63,483 bases of DNA, taken from positions 1-63,483 of the forward strand of contig URDQ01000001.1 of assembly GCA_900546675.1 (NCBI GenBank), written 5' to 3'. A program made the position numbers and the translations under genes. Origin of the DNA: an uncultured Porphyromonas sp. Lineage in GTDB: Bacteria; Bacteroidota; Bacteroidia; Bacteroidales; Porphyromonadaceae. Every line of letters begins with the position of its first letter. Positions within the stretch are counted from its first letter, which is position 1. The notes under the pieces were generated by a model that did not search any database, was not told the origin of the DNA, and worked only from the letters and a program-made list of their open reading frames with translations. This document shows, in pieces, positions 1-9,600 of this stretch.

Positions 1-137
1 CCTCCTCAGTAAATACGACCACAAGTCGTGTACCCCAGCAGGAGCAAAACTAACAGATGAGTACACTCACAGGAATAACAAAAATAACCCGAGTACCATC
101 TCAGTAACACCTTCCCAACTGTGTACTTTTTTCAGGA
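1..137. repeat. Phased degenerate repeat array GWGTAC-N5(6)-CAGKA, period 31-32 bp, truncated at window start
   Basis: CAG(G/T)A at 7, 39, 70, 102 and 133. G(A/T)GTAC at 28, 59, 91 and 121. Intervening A/C-rich segments differ. Confidence 0.7.
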
Positions 138-146
138 AGAGGACAC

Positions 147-264
147 TTTCCTCTGTTGGAACGAAACATTTCCACCGTTGGAAACGAAACTTTCCAACGG
201 TGGAAATTTATTTTTCCTCCCTTGGAAAATTATTTTTCCAAGGGAGGAAGCATTTTGGAAAGTT
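147..264. repeat. 22-bp-period palindrome array, family B (TTCC-N6-GGAA x5 plus a half site)
   Basis: TTCC at 148, 170, 192, 214 and 236, each followed after 6 nt by GGAA. A related copy lies in the opposite orientation at ~34816-34932. Confidence 0.85.
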
Positions 265-315
265 AACAAATGGAGTGCCCGATAGGGGGGAGTGACTTAG
301 AGAGATGTCAAGATA

Positions 316-356
316 AAGCAAGAGCCTGCCCGCTGGTTAGCGAGTAGGCTCTTGCT
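316..356 (-). terminator. Intrinsic terminator hairpin downstream of the lipoprotein gene
   Basis: AGCAAGAGCCT (317-327) / AGGCTCTTGCT (346-356) inverted repeat with an inner stem. It lies 46 nt past the stop codon. Confidence 0.7.
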
Positions 357-402
357 CTGTTTAGTGCGCTGGGGCTGTCTTACTGTGGTGACAGGCTCTT
401 GC

Positions 403-2052
403 TTAGCGGCGTAAGTAGCGTGTATTCGGACGGATCTGCTTGCCCGCTTGAGGCTTGTAGTCATCGCCAAGGAAGAAGCTAGCGATGAGGAATTGGCTAT
501 CCTTGAACTTAAAGACGTGGAGGGAAACCTTGTGCTCAGCGTTGTAGTAAAACCAGAACTCAGTGCCAGAGTCGCTCTTTTCCTTTCCAGTGTATTGATA
601 GCCTCCCTTCTCGAGGGCAGCCTTGAGCTCCTTGTCGGTACCCGTCTTAAACTGCTTAGCGTGGTTGATGGCTAGTCCTCCATTATCGTAGATGTGCATC
701 GTAGCCTCTGTGGCTTCGTAGGCAGCGTAGTAGTAATAGCCGTTGATGGCGGCAGTTTTATCCTTAAAGGGGTCTTTGATGAAAACCTGAAGGTTGGTAG
801 AGCTGTAGTCAAGATTGACACTATCCTTCTTTTGAGGAGCGTGGTAGGTGACCTCCTCTCCCTTAGCCATCTCACTGGTGTAGATAGAGCCAGCGGGTGT
901 CCCTGGGGTAGGCACGTCGGCGGGGTTGAATTTCTCACCAAAGTTGTAGGAGGGGAAGATGCTAGTGTCCTCTGCGGGGGGAGGAGTTGGAGCCTCTTCC
1001 TTAGCCGTGAAGCTAAAGGCGATACCCTGACCACCCTCCATAATGAGGAGCGTGTAGTAGTCGTTTTCGCTGGTGTAGGTCTTGTCGCTAATCTCTGACT
1101 TCTGAGGCTTGCTAAAGCCGTTGCGCACAAACCACTCGGCTACATCGGCATTGCTCTCGAGCATATCGATGGTGAGCGCATAGCTGAGTGCTAGGATACC
1201 AGGCTTGTAGGAGTCACCATTGGAGGTGTAGCCCTGCGGGTAGTAAGCAACGAGGTCGAAGTTGCCCTTCTGCTTATCCTTCGTGATGAAGTTAGCACGC
1301 TTGGGGTCACTCTGCGCCTTCTCCTGTCTGAGTCCTAGAGCCGCCTCATACTTGCGGATCTCATCGATAGAGGTCTCCTGAGCCTTCTTGCTGGCGAAGG
1401 GGAAGTCCTTGAGACTCTTGTCAAAATTGCCTGTAGCGACCGACCCCGGCATCGGAATAAATGAGAGCTGCGCAAAGCCTGGAGTGTCAGATAGAGAGAC
1501 CCCCACGACAAGGTTGCCCTTGCGGTACATAGGCGTCTTGCTGGAGCTGTCGTCTAGTGCCTCAAAGCCATCATTGATGGTCATCATATCGAAGTCTTGC
1601 CTGATGGCGCCATCTTCGGTGTAGACAAGCTTTCTGTCTAGAAGCAGGGTGGATACTTGTAGTTTGCCTTGCCCCGCATCTCCGACGAGGTAGATGCGTA
1701 GTGGTTGCTTGCCACTCGGGTCCTGCGTGTTGAAGACGTAGCTCTTGACTTTCTTGTTTTTGAACTCGGATATCTTCTCCGTTTGTAGCACAGCTCCGTG
1801 GGCAGCCTCCCACTTTTTGAGAGGTAGCTCGCCTGCCGTAAAGTCTACGGAGGGAATTGGCAGATACTTCAGATTGCCATCAGCATCTAGCTCATAGATA
1901 GGTGTGTACTCGCCCACTTGGATCGTGTCCTCCTTGTTAGGGTCTTCCTTATTGGGATCACCACCATCATCGGGACACTCAGGGTAACAACCCAGTAGCC
2001 CAATGCAAGTGGACAAGATCAATGCGAGGGTCAAATAGATTTGCTTATTCAT
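403..2052 (-). CDS. Lipoprotein of unknown function with apparent internal domain repeats
   Basis: 549-aa ORF with SPII signal (…IGLLG-C) followed by an acidic stretch (CPDDGGDPNKEDPNKED). Has its own promoter and terminator. Confidence 0.85.
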   Translation of the reverse strand: MNKQIYLTLALILSTCIGLLGCYPECPDDGGDPNKEDPNKEDTIQVGEYTPIYELDADGNLKYLPIPSVDFTAGELPLKKWEAAHGAVLQTEKISEFKNKKVKSYVFNTQDPSGKQPLRIYLVGDAGQGKLQVSTLLLDRKLVYTEDGAIRQDFDMMTINDGFEALDDSSSKTPMYRKGNLVVGVSLSDTPGFAQLSFIPMPGSVATGNFDKSLKDFPFASKKAQETSIDEIRKYEAALGLRQEKAQSDPKRANFITKDKQKGNFDLVAYYPQGYTSNGDSYKPGILALSYALTIDMLESNADVAEWFVRNGFSKPQKSEISDKTYTSENDYYTLLIMEGGQGIAFSFTAKEEAPTPPPAEDTSIFPSYNFGEKFNPADVPTPGTPAGSIYTSEMAKGEEVTYHAPQKKDSVNLDYSSTNLQVFIKDPFKDKTAAINGYYYYAAYEATEATMHIYDNGGLAINHAKQFKTGTDKELKAALEKGGYQYTGKEKSDSGTEFWFYYNAEHKVSLHVFKFKDSQFLIASFFLGDDYKPQAGKQIRPNTRYLRR

Positions 2053-2164
2053 AGTATTCTAACGTGTATGTATCTGCGATGTCTTAGAGACTAAAGTAGC
2101 GAAGGGAGGCTCCACAGCAGATGCTTATCGTCACCAAGCTGAAGAAATAGACCTCCCCTGCGAA

Positions 2165-2172
2165 CAAAGGTA
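2165..2172 (-). promoter_or_regulatory. Bacteroidota -7 promoter element for the lipoprotein gene
   Basis: TACCTTTG on the minus strand matches TAnnTTTG, 113 nt upstream of the ATG. Confidence 0.65.
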
Positions 2173-2225
2173 CGAAAACGAAGAGAACTACCTCTGGTCC
2201 TTCTCAATTTCTCAAATTTAGGCTT

Positions 2226-3458
2226 TTAGTCTAATGCTTGCGATGCGGCATAGCGACAGACTAGCTGCGTCACGATAGAGAGGCAGCGCTCCATAGCATC
2301 GAGCGAGCAGTACTCGTGGATGGAGTGGAAGTTGCCCCCACTGGTGAAGATGTTGGGGCAGGGGATGCCTCGCTCCGAGAGAACCGCCCCGTCGGTGCCA
2401 CCACGTATCGGCTGGATGATCGGCTTGACACCGACCGCCTCATAGGCTGCGATAGCGTGCTCGATGACCTCTGGGTGCGGAGCGATGTAGTCGTACATAT
2501 TACGGTACTGGTAGGAGACTTCGACCGCTAGCTGTGCGGTGTGTGGCTCTTCGTTGATCTGCTGAGCTACCTCTCGGATGCGGGCTATGCGCTGCTCTAG
2601 GAGCTGGCGGTCGTGGTCGCGGATGATGTACTCCGCAGTTGCGGACGAGACATCGCCCGCCATGTGGCATAGATGCAGGAAGCCCTCCCGTCCCTGGGTC
2701 ACCTCGGGTCGCTCGCTCTCATAACCTAGTCTGTTGTCAAGCTTGATGAGCGACTGGAGTGCGTGACGCATCGTGTGGTAGGCGCTACCTGGGTGGACAT
2801 TGTGTCCCGTGGCTGTGATGCGTGCAGAGGCTGCGTGAAAGCATTCGTACTCAAACTCGCCCTCGAGTCCTCCGTCGATGGTGTAAGCGTAGGTAGCTTG
2901 AAGCTGGCTCTCGTCAAAGGACTCCAGTCCTCGCCCCACCTCTTCGTCTGTCGTGAAGGCTAGTGCGATAGGTCCGTGCGTTAGCTCGGGCTTGCTCTGG
3001 AGCTCCGCAGCAAGGGTCATCAAGATAGCAACGCCAGCCTTGTCATCGGCTCCGAGGAGTGTCGTCCCGTCGCTCGTGATGAGCGTATGCCCCACATAGC
3101 GTAGCAGGTCGGGGTAGTCGCTCGGGCTCAGTATGCTACCCTTGAGCTGTATTGGCTTGCCGTCGTAGTTGGGGTGGAGACAGGGAGAGACCTTTTCGCC
3201 TGGAGCTTCTGGCGAGGTGTCTACATGAGCGAGGAGTGCGATGCGAGGCACCTCTTCGTAGCCAGTGGTGGCGGGGATTTGCGCTATCAGATAGCCTGCA
3301 TCGTAGCAGGTGGCGGAGATCTGTAGCTCCGTTAGCTCGGTGTGAAGCATCTGGAGCAAGTCCCACTGACAGGGTGTCGAGGGCTTCTTCGAACTATTCG
3401 GATCGGAGGTGGTGTGAACCTTTGCGTAGCGGAGAAATCGCTCTAGGAGTTGGCTCAT
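2226..3458 (-). CDS. pepT: Peptidase T (tripeptide aminopeptidase, M20B)
   Basis: LLERFLRY start, AHVDT, TTLLGADDKAG, DEEVGRG, IRGGTDG and NFHSIHEY motifs. Confidence 0.95.
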   Translation of the reverse strand: MSQLLERFLRYAKVHTTSDPNSSKKPSTPCQWDLLQMLHTELTELQISATCYDAGYLIAQIPATTGYEEVPRIALLAHVDTSPEAPGEKVSPCLHPNYDGKPIQLKGSILSPSDYPDLLRYVGHTLITSDGTTLLGADDKAGVAILMTLAAELQSKPELTHGPIALAFTTDEEVGRGLESFDESQLQATYAYTIDGGLEGEFEYECFHAASARITATGHNVHPGSAYHTMRHALQSLIKLDNRLGYESERPEVTQGREGFLHLCHMAGDVSSATAEYIIRDHDRQLLEQRIARIREVAQQINEEPHTAQLAVEVSYQYRNMYDYIAPHPEVIEHAIAAYEAVGVKPIIQPIRGGTDGAVLSERGIPCPNIFTSGGNFHSIHEYCSLDAMERCLSIVTQLVCRYAASQALD

Positions 3459-3473
3459 AGCGTATTCCGTTAC

Positions 3474-4736
3474 TTAGCGCTGCTTGATGATACTGTTGAT
3501 GACACGGCAGGTGCAGATGAGCTTGCCGCTTTGGGTAGAGAAAATGTCTACGTTCCAGACGTGTGTGCTGCGCCCCTTGTGTAGTATCGTAGCGACACCT
3601 CGCACGGTGTCTCCGACGACTGTCGAGGAGACGTGGTTGCCACTCACCTGCATACCGACTTGTATCTCGCCTTCGTTGGCTATGGCTACTGATCCTAGTC
3701 CTGCGAGGGTCTCGGCAAAGGCTAGCGAAGCCCCTCCGTGTAGTATGCCCATGGGTTGTCTCGTACGATTGTCCACGGGCATAGTACCCGTGACATAGCC
3801 ACGGGCTATCTCTGTGCAGCGCATACCGAGCGTACCCATAAGCGTGTTGGGCATAATCTCGTTGGCATCTTCTGGGTCAAAGGGGACTCCGTCGTAGCGC
3901 AGCTTGATCTGCTTGGTGATCATGTGGGCTAAGCCCGCAGCATCGCAAGAGGTGGTGATGTAGTCAGCGCAGCTCTTGAGCGGCTCGGGAGCGTTTGCCA
4001 TAGATACGCCCAGTCCAGCACGCTGTACCATAGTGGCATCCTCTAGGGTGGTGCCGACGGCGATGATGTTTTGCTGGTTGAGGTCTAGTCGGTCGAGGAT
4101 AAAGTCGAGCGCTCCTCGCAGGCTGACGCCAGAGGCTACGATCGAGAGTTCATTCATCGGCTCATCGTAGAGGGTGGCGGTCAAGCCTTGCCCTGCGTTG
4201 AGCTGGTCGCTCAGCTTCGCTAGGCGATCTTGTCTGGCTAAAATGAGTGCTCTAAAGATTGGCTCGGCAGGAGCTTTGAAGGGTTCATCTGCCTTGGTCA
4301 AGTCTAGGATCGGCATGCCCCAGAGCTTGGCGAGCTGGAGGATACGTGGCTGATGGGTCTTCGTAGCGTAGAGCGCTTTCTCACCTATGAGTGCGAGCGT
4401 GTAGTCGCTATCGACCAGCTCGTAGAGATGCGTGAGCTGCTCTGCACGCAGAGGACGAGAGGCTAACTCACGACCCGTACGACAGTTGTGAATGCGTGCG
4501 CCTAGATGGGAGATAACGTAGCCGCTGTTGCGCGGTAGCTGCAGCTGCTCCGAGATCTTCAGGAGACTACTCATAGGAGCTTCGCTGGCGACCGCCACAC
4601 GCAGGGCATACTCCTCCTGCACCTCTAGGAGAGCTTCGCGGTCCTCTAGAGCGATCTCGCCATTGCTTCCGAGTAGGCAGTTGCGGTCTTTGATGGCGAG
4701 GAACTTATAGCCGCCACTCTTTGCTTGATTCATCAT
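3474..4736 (-). CDS. Cof-type HAD domain fused to a hotdog-fold (PaaI/MenI-like) thioesterase
   Basis: N-terminal HAD-IIB features (VASEAP, GARI, AGLGVSMANA…ADYIT) and C-terminal QPMGILHGGASLAFAET. Start placed at the MMNQ ATG. Confidence 0.9.
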   Translation of the reverse strand: MMNQAKSGGYKFLAIKDRNCLLGSNGEIALEDREALLEVQEEYALRVAVASEAPMSSLLKISEQLQLPRNSGYVISHLGARIHNCRTGRELASRPLRAEQLTHLYELVDSDYTLALIGEKALYATKTHQPRILQLAKLWGMPILDLTKADEPFKAPAEPIFRALILARQDRLAKLSDQLNAGQGLTATLYDEPMNELSIVASGVSLRGALDFILDRLDLNQQNIIAVGTTLEDATMVQRAGLGVSMANAPEPLKSCADYITTSCDAAGLAHMITKQIKLRYDGVPFDPEDANEIMPNTLMGTLGMRCTEIARGYVTGTMPVDNRTRQPMGILHGGASLAFAETLAGLGSVAIANEGEIQVGMQVSGNHVSSTVVGDTVRGVATILHKGRSTHVWNVDIFSTQSGKLICTCRVINSIIKQR

Positions 4737-4750
4737 ACGACTCCTTATTA

Positions 4751-6559
4751 TTATAAAGCGGACCAATTAAACTGTACCCCGATGCGCCCACTGTAGGGCT
4801 GTGACATATCATAAGCACCTAGTCCATAGTGCTGACTGTCGAAGGTGGCAAAGAGCGTCCACATCTTTGTCAAGCGGTACTGCGCCGTCACCTCAGCGGT
4901 GAGTCTTGTGAGCGAACCTCTAGCGGCACCCTCACGAAGCCCTGTCTCGGGAGCTTGGGCAGGATGCAGGATCTTGGTCGTGAGGCTGGTGTCGTAGTAG
5001 ACTACTCCACGAAGGTCTAGGCGCTTCGTAGGACGGACGGCTAGCTTCGCATAGCCTTGGAAGTAAGGCTTGGGGACGCGGACGGTGTAGTTGGCAAGAT
5101 GGTTATACTGTGCTCCGAGGCTTAGTTCACAGACCCGTGCGATGATGGTAGAGAGGTCTAGACCAGCGTAGAAGATGTCGAGCTTCGTGTATTCATTGCG
5201 CTGCGACTGTAGCCATGAGGCGTAAAGCTCTTCGCCAGCGTAGTAGGGGAGGAGGTTGAAGCCGTAAGTGCGTGCGTAGTGATCGTATCCACCGTACAGC
5301 TCGTAAGTGCCTGAGCCGAGCTGTAGCTTGACTCCTGTGCGAGAGCCGAGCTGCTGACGCTCAGGTCTAGGCAGTGCATCGAGCATAATGCCTGGTATGC
5401 GGGTTAGATAGTCAAAGGGGTTGACATCTTGTAGCCCGCCTGACGCCTGCAGGTACCACTCCCAGCGTCTTTGATCAGAGAGCGACAGACGAACCTCTGG
5501 GTAGACCAGCACCTCTTGGTTGGCAAAGTCTATGCCCACACCGCCCGCAAAGTCAAGATCGGCAAAGTTAACGAACCCACGATAGCGGAACTGCGGGTGC
5601 GCCCCTAGGATGAAGAGCTGTGACGGCTGGCTCGTGCGGATACGCATATCGGCTCCTAGTCCGAGAGACCAGTCGTCAGAGAGCTGCACAGCGGTAGCTC
5701 CATCAGCGTCTATCACGTGCAGGTGCTCGCTAGCAATGAGATCCCTTTGTGCAGGGCTGGGTAGCGAGTGGGATAGGAAGGCGTAGCGTGCGCCTAGGTC
5801 AAAAGACCAGTTCTGCGCCTGCAGGTTGTCTATGCGTCCCGTCAAGCTGTACTCGCGCAGTGCGTCCTGCCAGCCAGTGCGGTCTAGTAAGGGTATCTCG
5901 TTCATCTGCATCCTCTGCTGCGTAGGCGTATGCGCAAAGAGATGACTGCGTATGCCTCCCTGCAGTTTGATCATGCTCTCTCGCCAGTGGTAGCTGTAGC
6001 CTACGACTCCCTCGGTAGCGTGGCGGTACATTTCCGTCTGGTCGGGGACTTCCTTAAGGTAGTGATAGTCTGGATCGGACTGGTCCATAGGTCCATGCAC
6101 AGAGCGGTTGGGACCATTCTTGCTGAGCGAGAAAAGCTCCGACCGATGCGTCAGATCGAAGGAAAGAACGTTATGCTGGCTCCCGAAGTGCCACTGACCC
6201 GCTAGATCCCCACCGAAAGCTGGTGCAAAGCCTCCGAAGAGACGAGCCATAATGCCATTGTAGGGCTGAGGCACCTCACGTGCAAAGCTAGACAGCTGAG
6301 GTGTCGGTGCTGGCGAGAGGGTCGGCGTGAAGTCTCTCGTGGAGCGAGGCGTAGCTGGATTGTAGCGCTCGATCTGAGGCTTCGTCAGAGGTATAGGGGT
6401 AAAGATAGGATTGGTGTCATCGATCTGTCTCACCTTGTCGCTCACCACAGTGACCTCACGGTTGATCGTGTCACGCTCGGCCACTGTTTTGGTGTTTTGA
6501 GCTAAAGCAGGAAGTAGTGTGCTGAGCAGGATTAGGAGGAGACTATATAGTCGTTTCAT
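4751..6559 (-). CDS. Outer-membrane beta-barrel protein (plug-less TonB-receptor-like)
   Basis: Signal peptide, Pro-rich N-terminus, alternating beta-strand pattern and a C-terminal GVQFNW strand. Follows the large TPR gene. Confidence 0.75.
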   Translation of the reverse strand: MKRLYSLLLILLSTLLPALAQNTKTVAERDTINREVTVVSDKVRQIDDTNPIFTPIPLTKPQIERYNPATPRSTRDFTPTLSPAPTPQLSSFAREVPQPYNGIMARLFGGFAPAFGGDLAGQWHFGSQHNVLSFDLTHRSELFSLSKNGPNRSVHGPMDQSDPDYHYLKEVPDQTEMYRHATEGVVGYSYHWRESMIKLQGGIRSHLFAHTPTQQRMQMNEIPLLDRTGWQDALREYSLTGRIDNLQAQNWSFDLGARYAFLSHSLPSPAQRDLIASEHLHVIDADGATAVQLSDDWSLGLGADMRIRTSQPSQLFILGAHPQFRYRGFVNFADLDFAGGVGIDFANQEVLVYPEVRLSLSDQRRWEWYLQASGGLQDVNPFDYLTRIPGIMLDALPRPERQQLGSRTGVKLQLGSGTYELYGGYDHYARTYGFNLLPYYAGEELYASWLQSQRNEYTKLDIFYAGLDLSTIIARVCELSLGAQYNHLANYTVRVPKPYFQGYAKLAVRPTKRLDLRGVVYYDTSLTTKILHPAQAPETGLREGAARGSLTRLTAEVTAQYRLTKMWTLFATFDSQHYGLGAYDMSQPYSGRIGVQFNWSAL

Positions 6560-6601
6560 CGCTTGTAGACTTAATCGTTGGGATAGTAGGGTAGAGGGGT
6601 G

Positions 6602-9600
6602 TTAGCGAGCGGTACTCTGACGAAGCTGTGCGAGCTTCTCCGTAGCGCGCTGACGTATCGGCGAGGTCTCGTCGGTGTAGTTCTTGAGTAGGCTCTCGAG
6701 GTATAGTCTTGCCGTGTCGGGGTCTCCCTTGGCGAGGTACCAGTCGGAGAGCGTTATGATCGTCTCGGCAGATAGTTCGGGGTCTGGGTAGGCATCGTTG
6801 ACCAACTTGTCGAGTAGCTGCTTCGAGTAGCTCTGCTGGATCTTGTTGGAGACGTAGTATTGCGCCAATAGGAGCGTGCCCTGGGTGCCAGCGTAGGTCT
6901 CTATGCGAGCGACAAGTGGCTTCAGGAGTGGCTCGATCTGGTTGCCCCGACCTGTCTTCAAGTAGCTGGTCGCTAGGCGACAAGTCAGGAGGTCTAGTTG
7001 CTCTTGGCTCCACCCCTTAGACTTGTCTAGCTGAGGTGTCACGACCTTGATGACCCACTCATACTGTCCCGCTTGGAGCGCACACTCAGTAGCCGAGAGC
7101 AGTGTCGTCTGGTAGCTCGCAGGCTCTAGTGGTAGCGTGAGTAGCTCCTGCTGCAAGGGCAATGCCTGAGCATAAGCTCGCTGCTGTATGTGCATAGCAG
7201 ACATCTTCTGAAGCAAACCTATGTGCAGCTCTTGCGATAGTTGCTTGCGACTGGGATAGATACGCTCATAGAGTGCTAGAGCCTCCTCTCCCTTACCAGC
7301 TCGATCGTAGAGGTCGGCCAGGTAGTAATGCGCTAAGAGCGAAGAGGCTCCCTGCGGATTCAGAGCTAGATACTCTTTGAGCAAGCGCTCAGCCTGTGGC
7401 TGTCGGGACTGGTAAGCACGCTCAGCTGTCTCGAAGGAGATGCTCATCGCCTCGCTCTCGTTGATGGTGTAGCTTCCGCCAATGCTGTTGGCATACTGGA
7501 CAAACTCAGTGGAGCGTCCCTCCTCGATGTAGATACTCTTGAGTGCTTCGTACGCCTGCTTCGCTTCGCCACTCTGTGGCGCTTCGGCTAGGAGTGCTTT
7601 GTAGGTCTCGATAGCTCGGCTCGTCTCATTCCTATTATAATATAGTAGTGCCAACTGCAAGGCAGCCTTGCGTCCATACTCACTCTGCGGGTACTCTTGC
7701 GTCAGGCGCATGAAGGCTTCGATAGCCTCCGTATGCTGTCCCGACAGCTCCATAGCGCGTCCCTGATCGTACATAGCACGAGGCTTGTAGAGACTATTTG
7801 GGTGACGAGCGACTAACTTATCGAGGGCGGCTATCTGTGCTTTGTACTCCTTCTTGAGTCCCTCAATGTCTGACAGCATATAGAGCGCATAGACCTGATT
7901 GTCTGGAGCGAGTCTATAAGCCTCCTCGTAGTAGCGTACGGCCGGCGTGTAGTGCCCCTGCATATAGTGCGCATCGCCTAGACGGGCATGGACATCAGCT
8001 TGTAGCGTGTTGTCGAGTGTACCCTCTTGGAGTAATATGGAGAGCGTCTGCGTGGCAGCACTGTACTGCTGCTGCTTGATCTGACTATAGCCTAGTAGGT
8101 AGCGAGCGATCTGTAGCTGCTTGCTAGAGGCTGTGCGCTTATTGAGAATAGCTGTGAGGGCTTGTGATGCTTGCTTGTGAGCTCCCTGCTGGGAGAGGAG
8201 CTGCGCCCCTAGTAGCTCAGCCTCGATATGGTGAGCGGACTTGGTGGCAATCCGCTGCGCCTGCTGGTTATAGCGTTGAGCTAGGGCTAGGTCGCCCGCT
8301 TGTTGCGCCTGCTGCGTGAGCTGATTGAGCAGGTAGCACTGCGCCTCTACGATAACTGGCGAAGGGCTCTGGATACGTCCTATGGAGGCTAGACTAGTCA
8401 AGTAGTCCGGGCTACGGTAGTAGCTCTCGATGAGAAAGTGCTCCATAGCCTCACGGTGTGCCGACTGAGCGAATGTATTGAGAAACTCCTCGCAGAGCCT
8501 TACTTCCTGACCAAACGAACCGCTCGCCTTGCTGCGCATCAGCAATACCTGCTCATACATAGCAGCCTCACGGATCGAGGGTGCTACGGCTCTATCTGCT
8601 GCCACCTGATAGGAGGCAAGGGCTTCGGAGTAAAGACCCATATCTCTACGAGCACGTGCTAGGTAGAGGTTGGCCACACCACTGGTCTCCGCATCGCCAC
8701 GGGTCGCTAGGAGTAGGTGCGGGATCGCTTGCTCGGTGCGCTCCGTCTCCATATAGGCAGCCGCGAGGATGAGCTGGTCTTCGGGGGTAAGGAGACTAGC
8801 ATTCTGGTCTGATAGCGGGGCTAAACGCTCGATAGCTTTGCTCGGATCCTCTAGACGATACCAAGCATTTGCCTCTAGGATCTGACTCTCCGCACGCTGC
8901 TCCTCTGAGAGACCTGCCGTAGTGAGTGCCTCGGTGTGCGTGAGCACCGACTGATAGTTTTGCCGATAGAGAGCTATCCGTGCCAACCCTAGACGAGCAT
9001 CGTACTGTACATCCCCCTGATCCTGTATCGGGAGGAGCGTGCGCTCAGCCTTGTCTAGGTCGTTTTGCGCTATGTATAGCTGCGCTAGATAGAGTCTAGC
9101 CACATCGCCCCAGTAATCATCACCTGCAGCGGTCATCTCAAAAAGCTGCTCTACCTGCTCCACAGGACGACCCGATAGTAGGAGAGCGTAGGCCATCTTG
9201 ACCTGCCACTCGCTGCGCACCTCGCTTGTCAAGGTCTCTTCACGCACCTGCTCTAGTGTATGGCGAGCACGATTGTACTCCTTATTATATAGGTAGTGTG
9301 TGGCACGAGCTATACGAGCGACCTGCGCCTGACGGGAGATAGGGGCTGTGGTGATATACTCCTCCAGCTCGGCAGCAGCACTTGGACGACCCAGCAGATG
9401 TGCTCCATAGGTGGCAAACCACCCGTCCGCCTTGCTCAGACGTTGTGCAGAGGAGAGGAGCGTTGTGGTACGCAGGGGCGAGCCTGCTGCGAGTGTCACC
9501 TCGATAGTATGCTGCTCGGTGGGTATGCTAAAGGTCTCTTGCGCCTGTAGTTGGTAGGCTAGTGGCAACTGCCCGCAGAGCAGTAACGTGTATAGGTATC

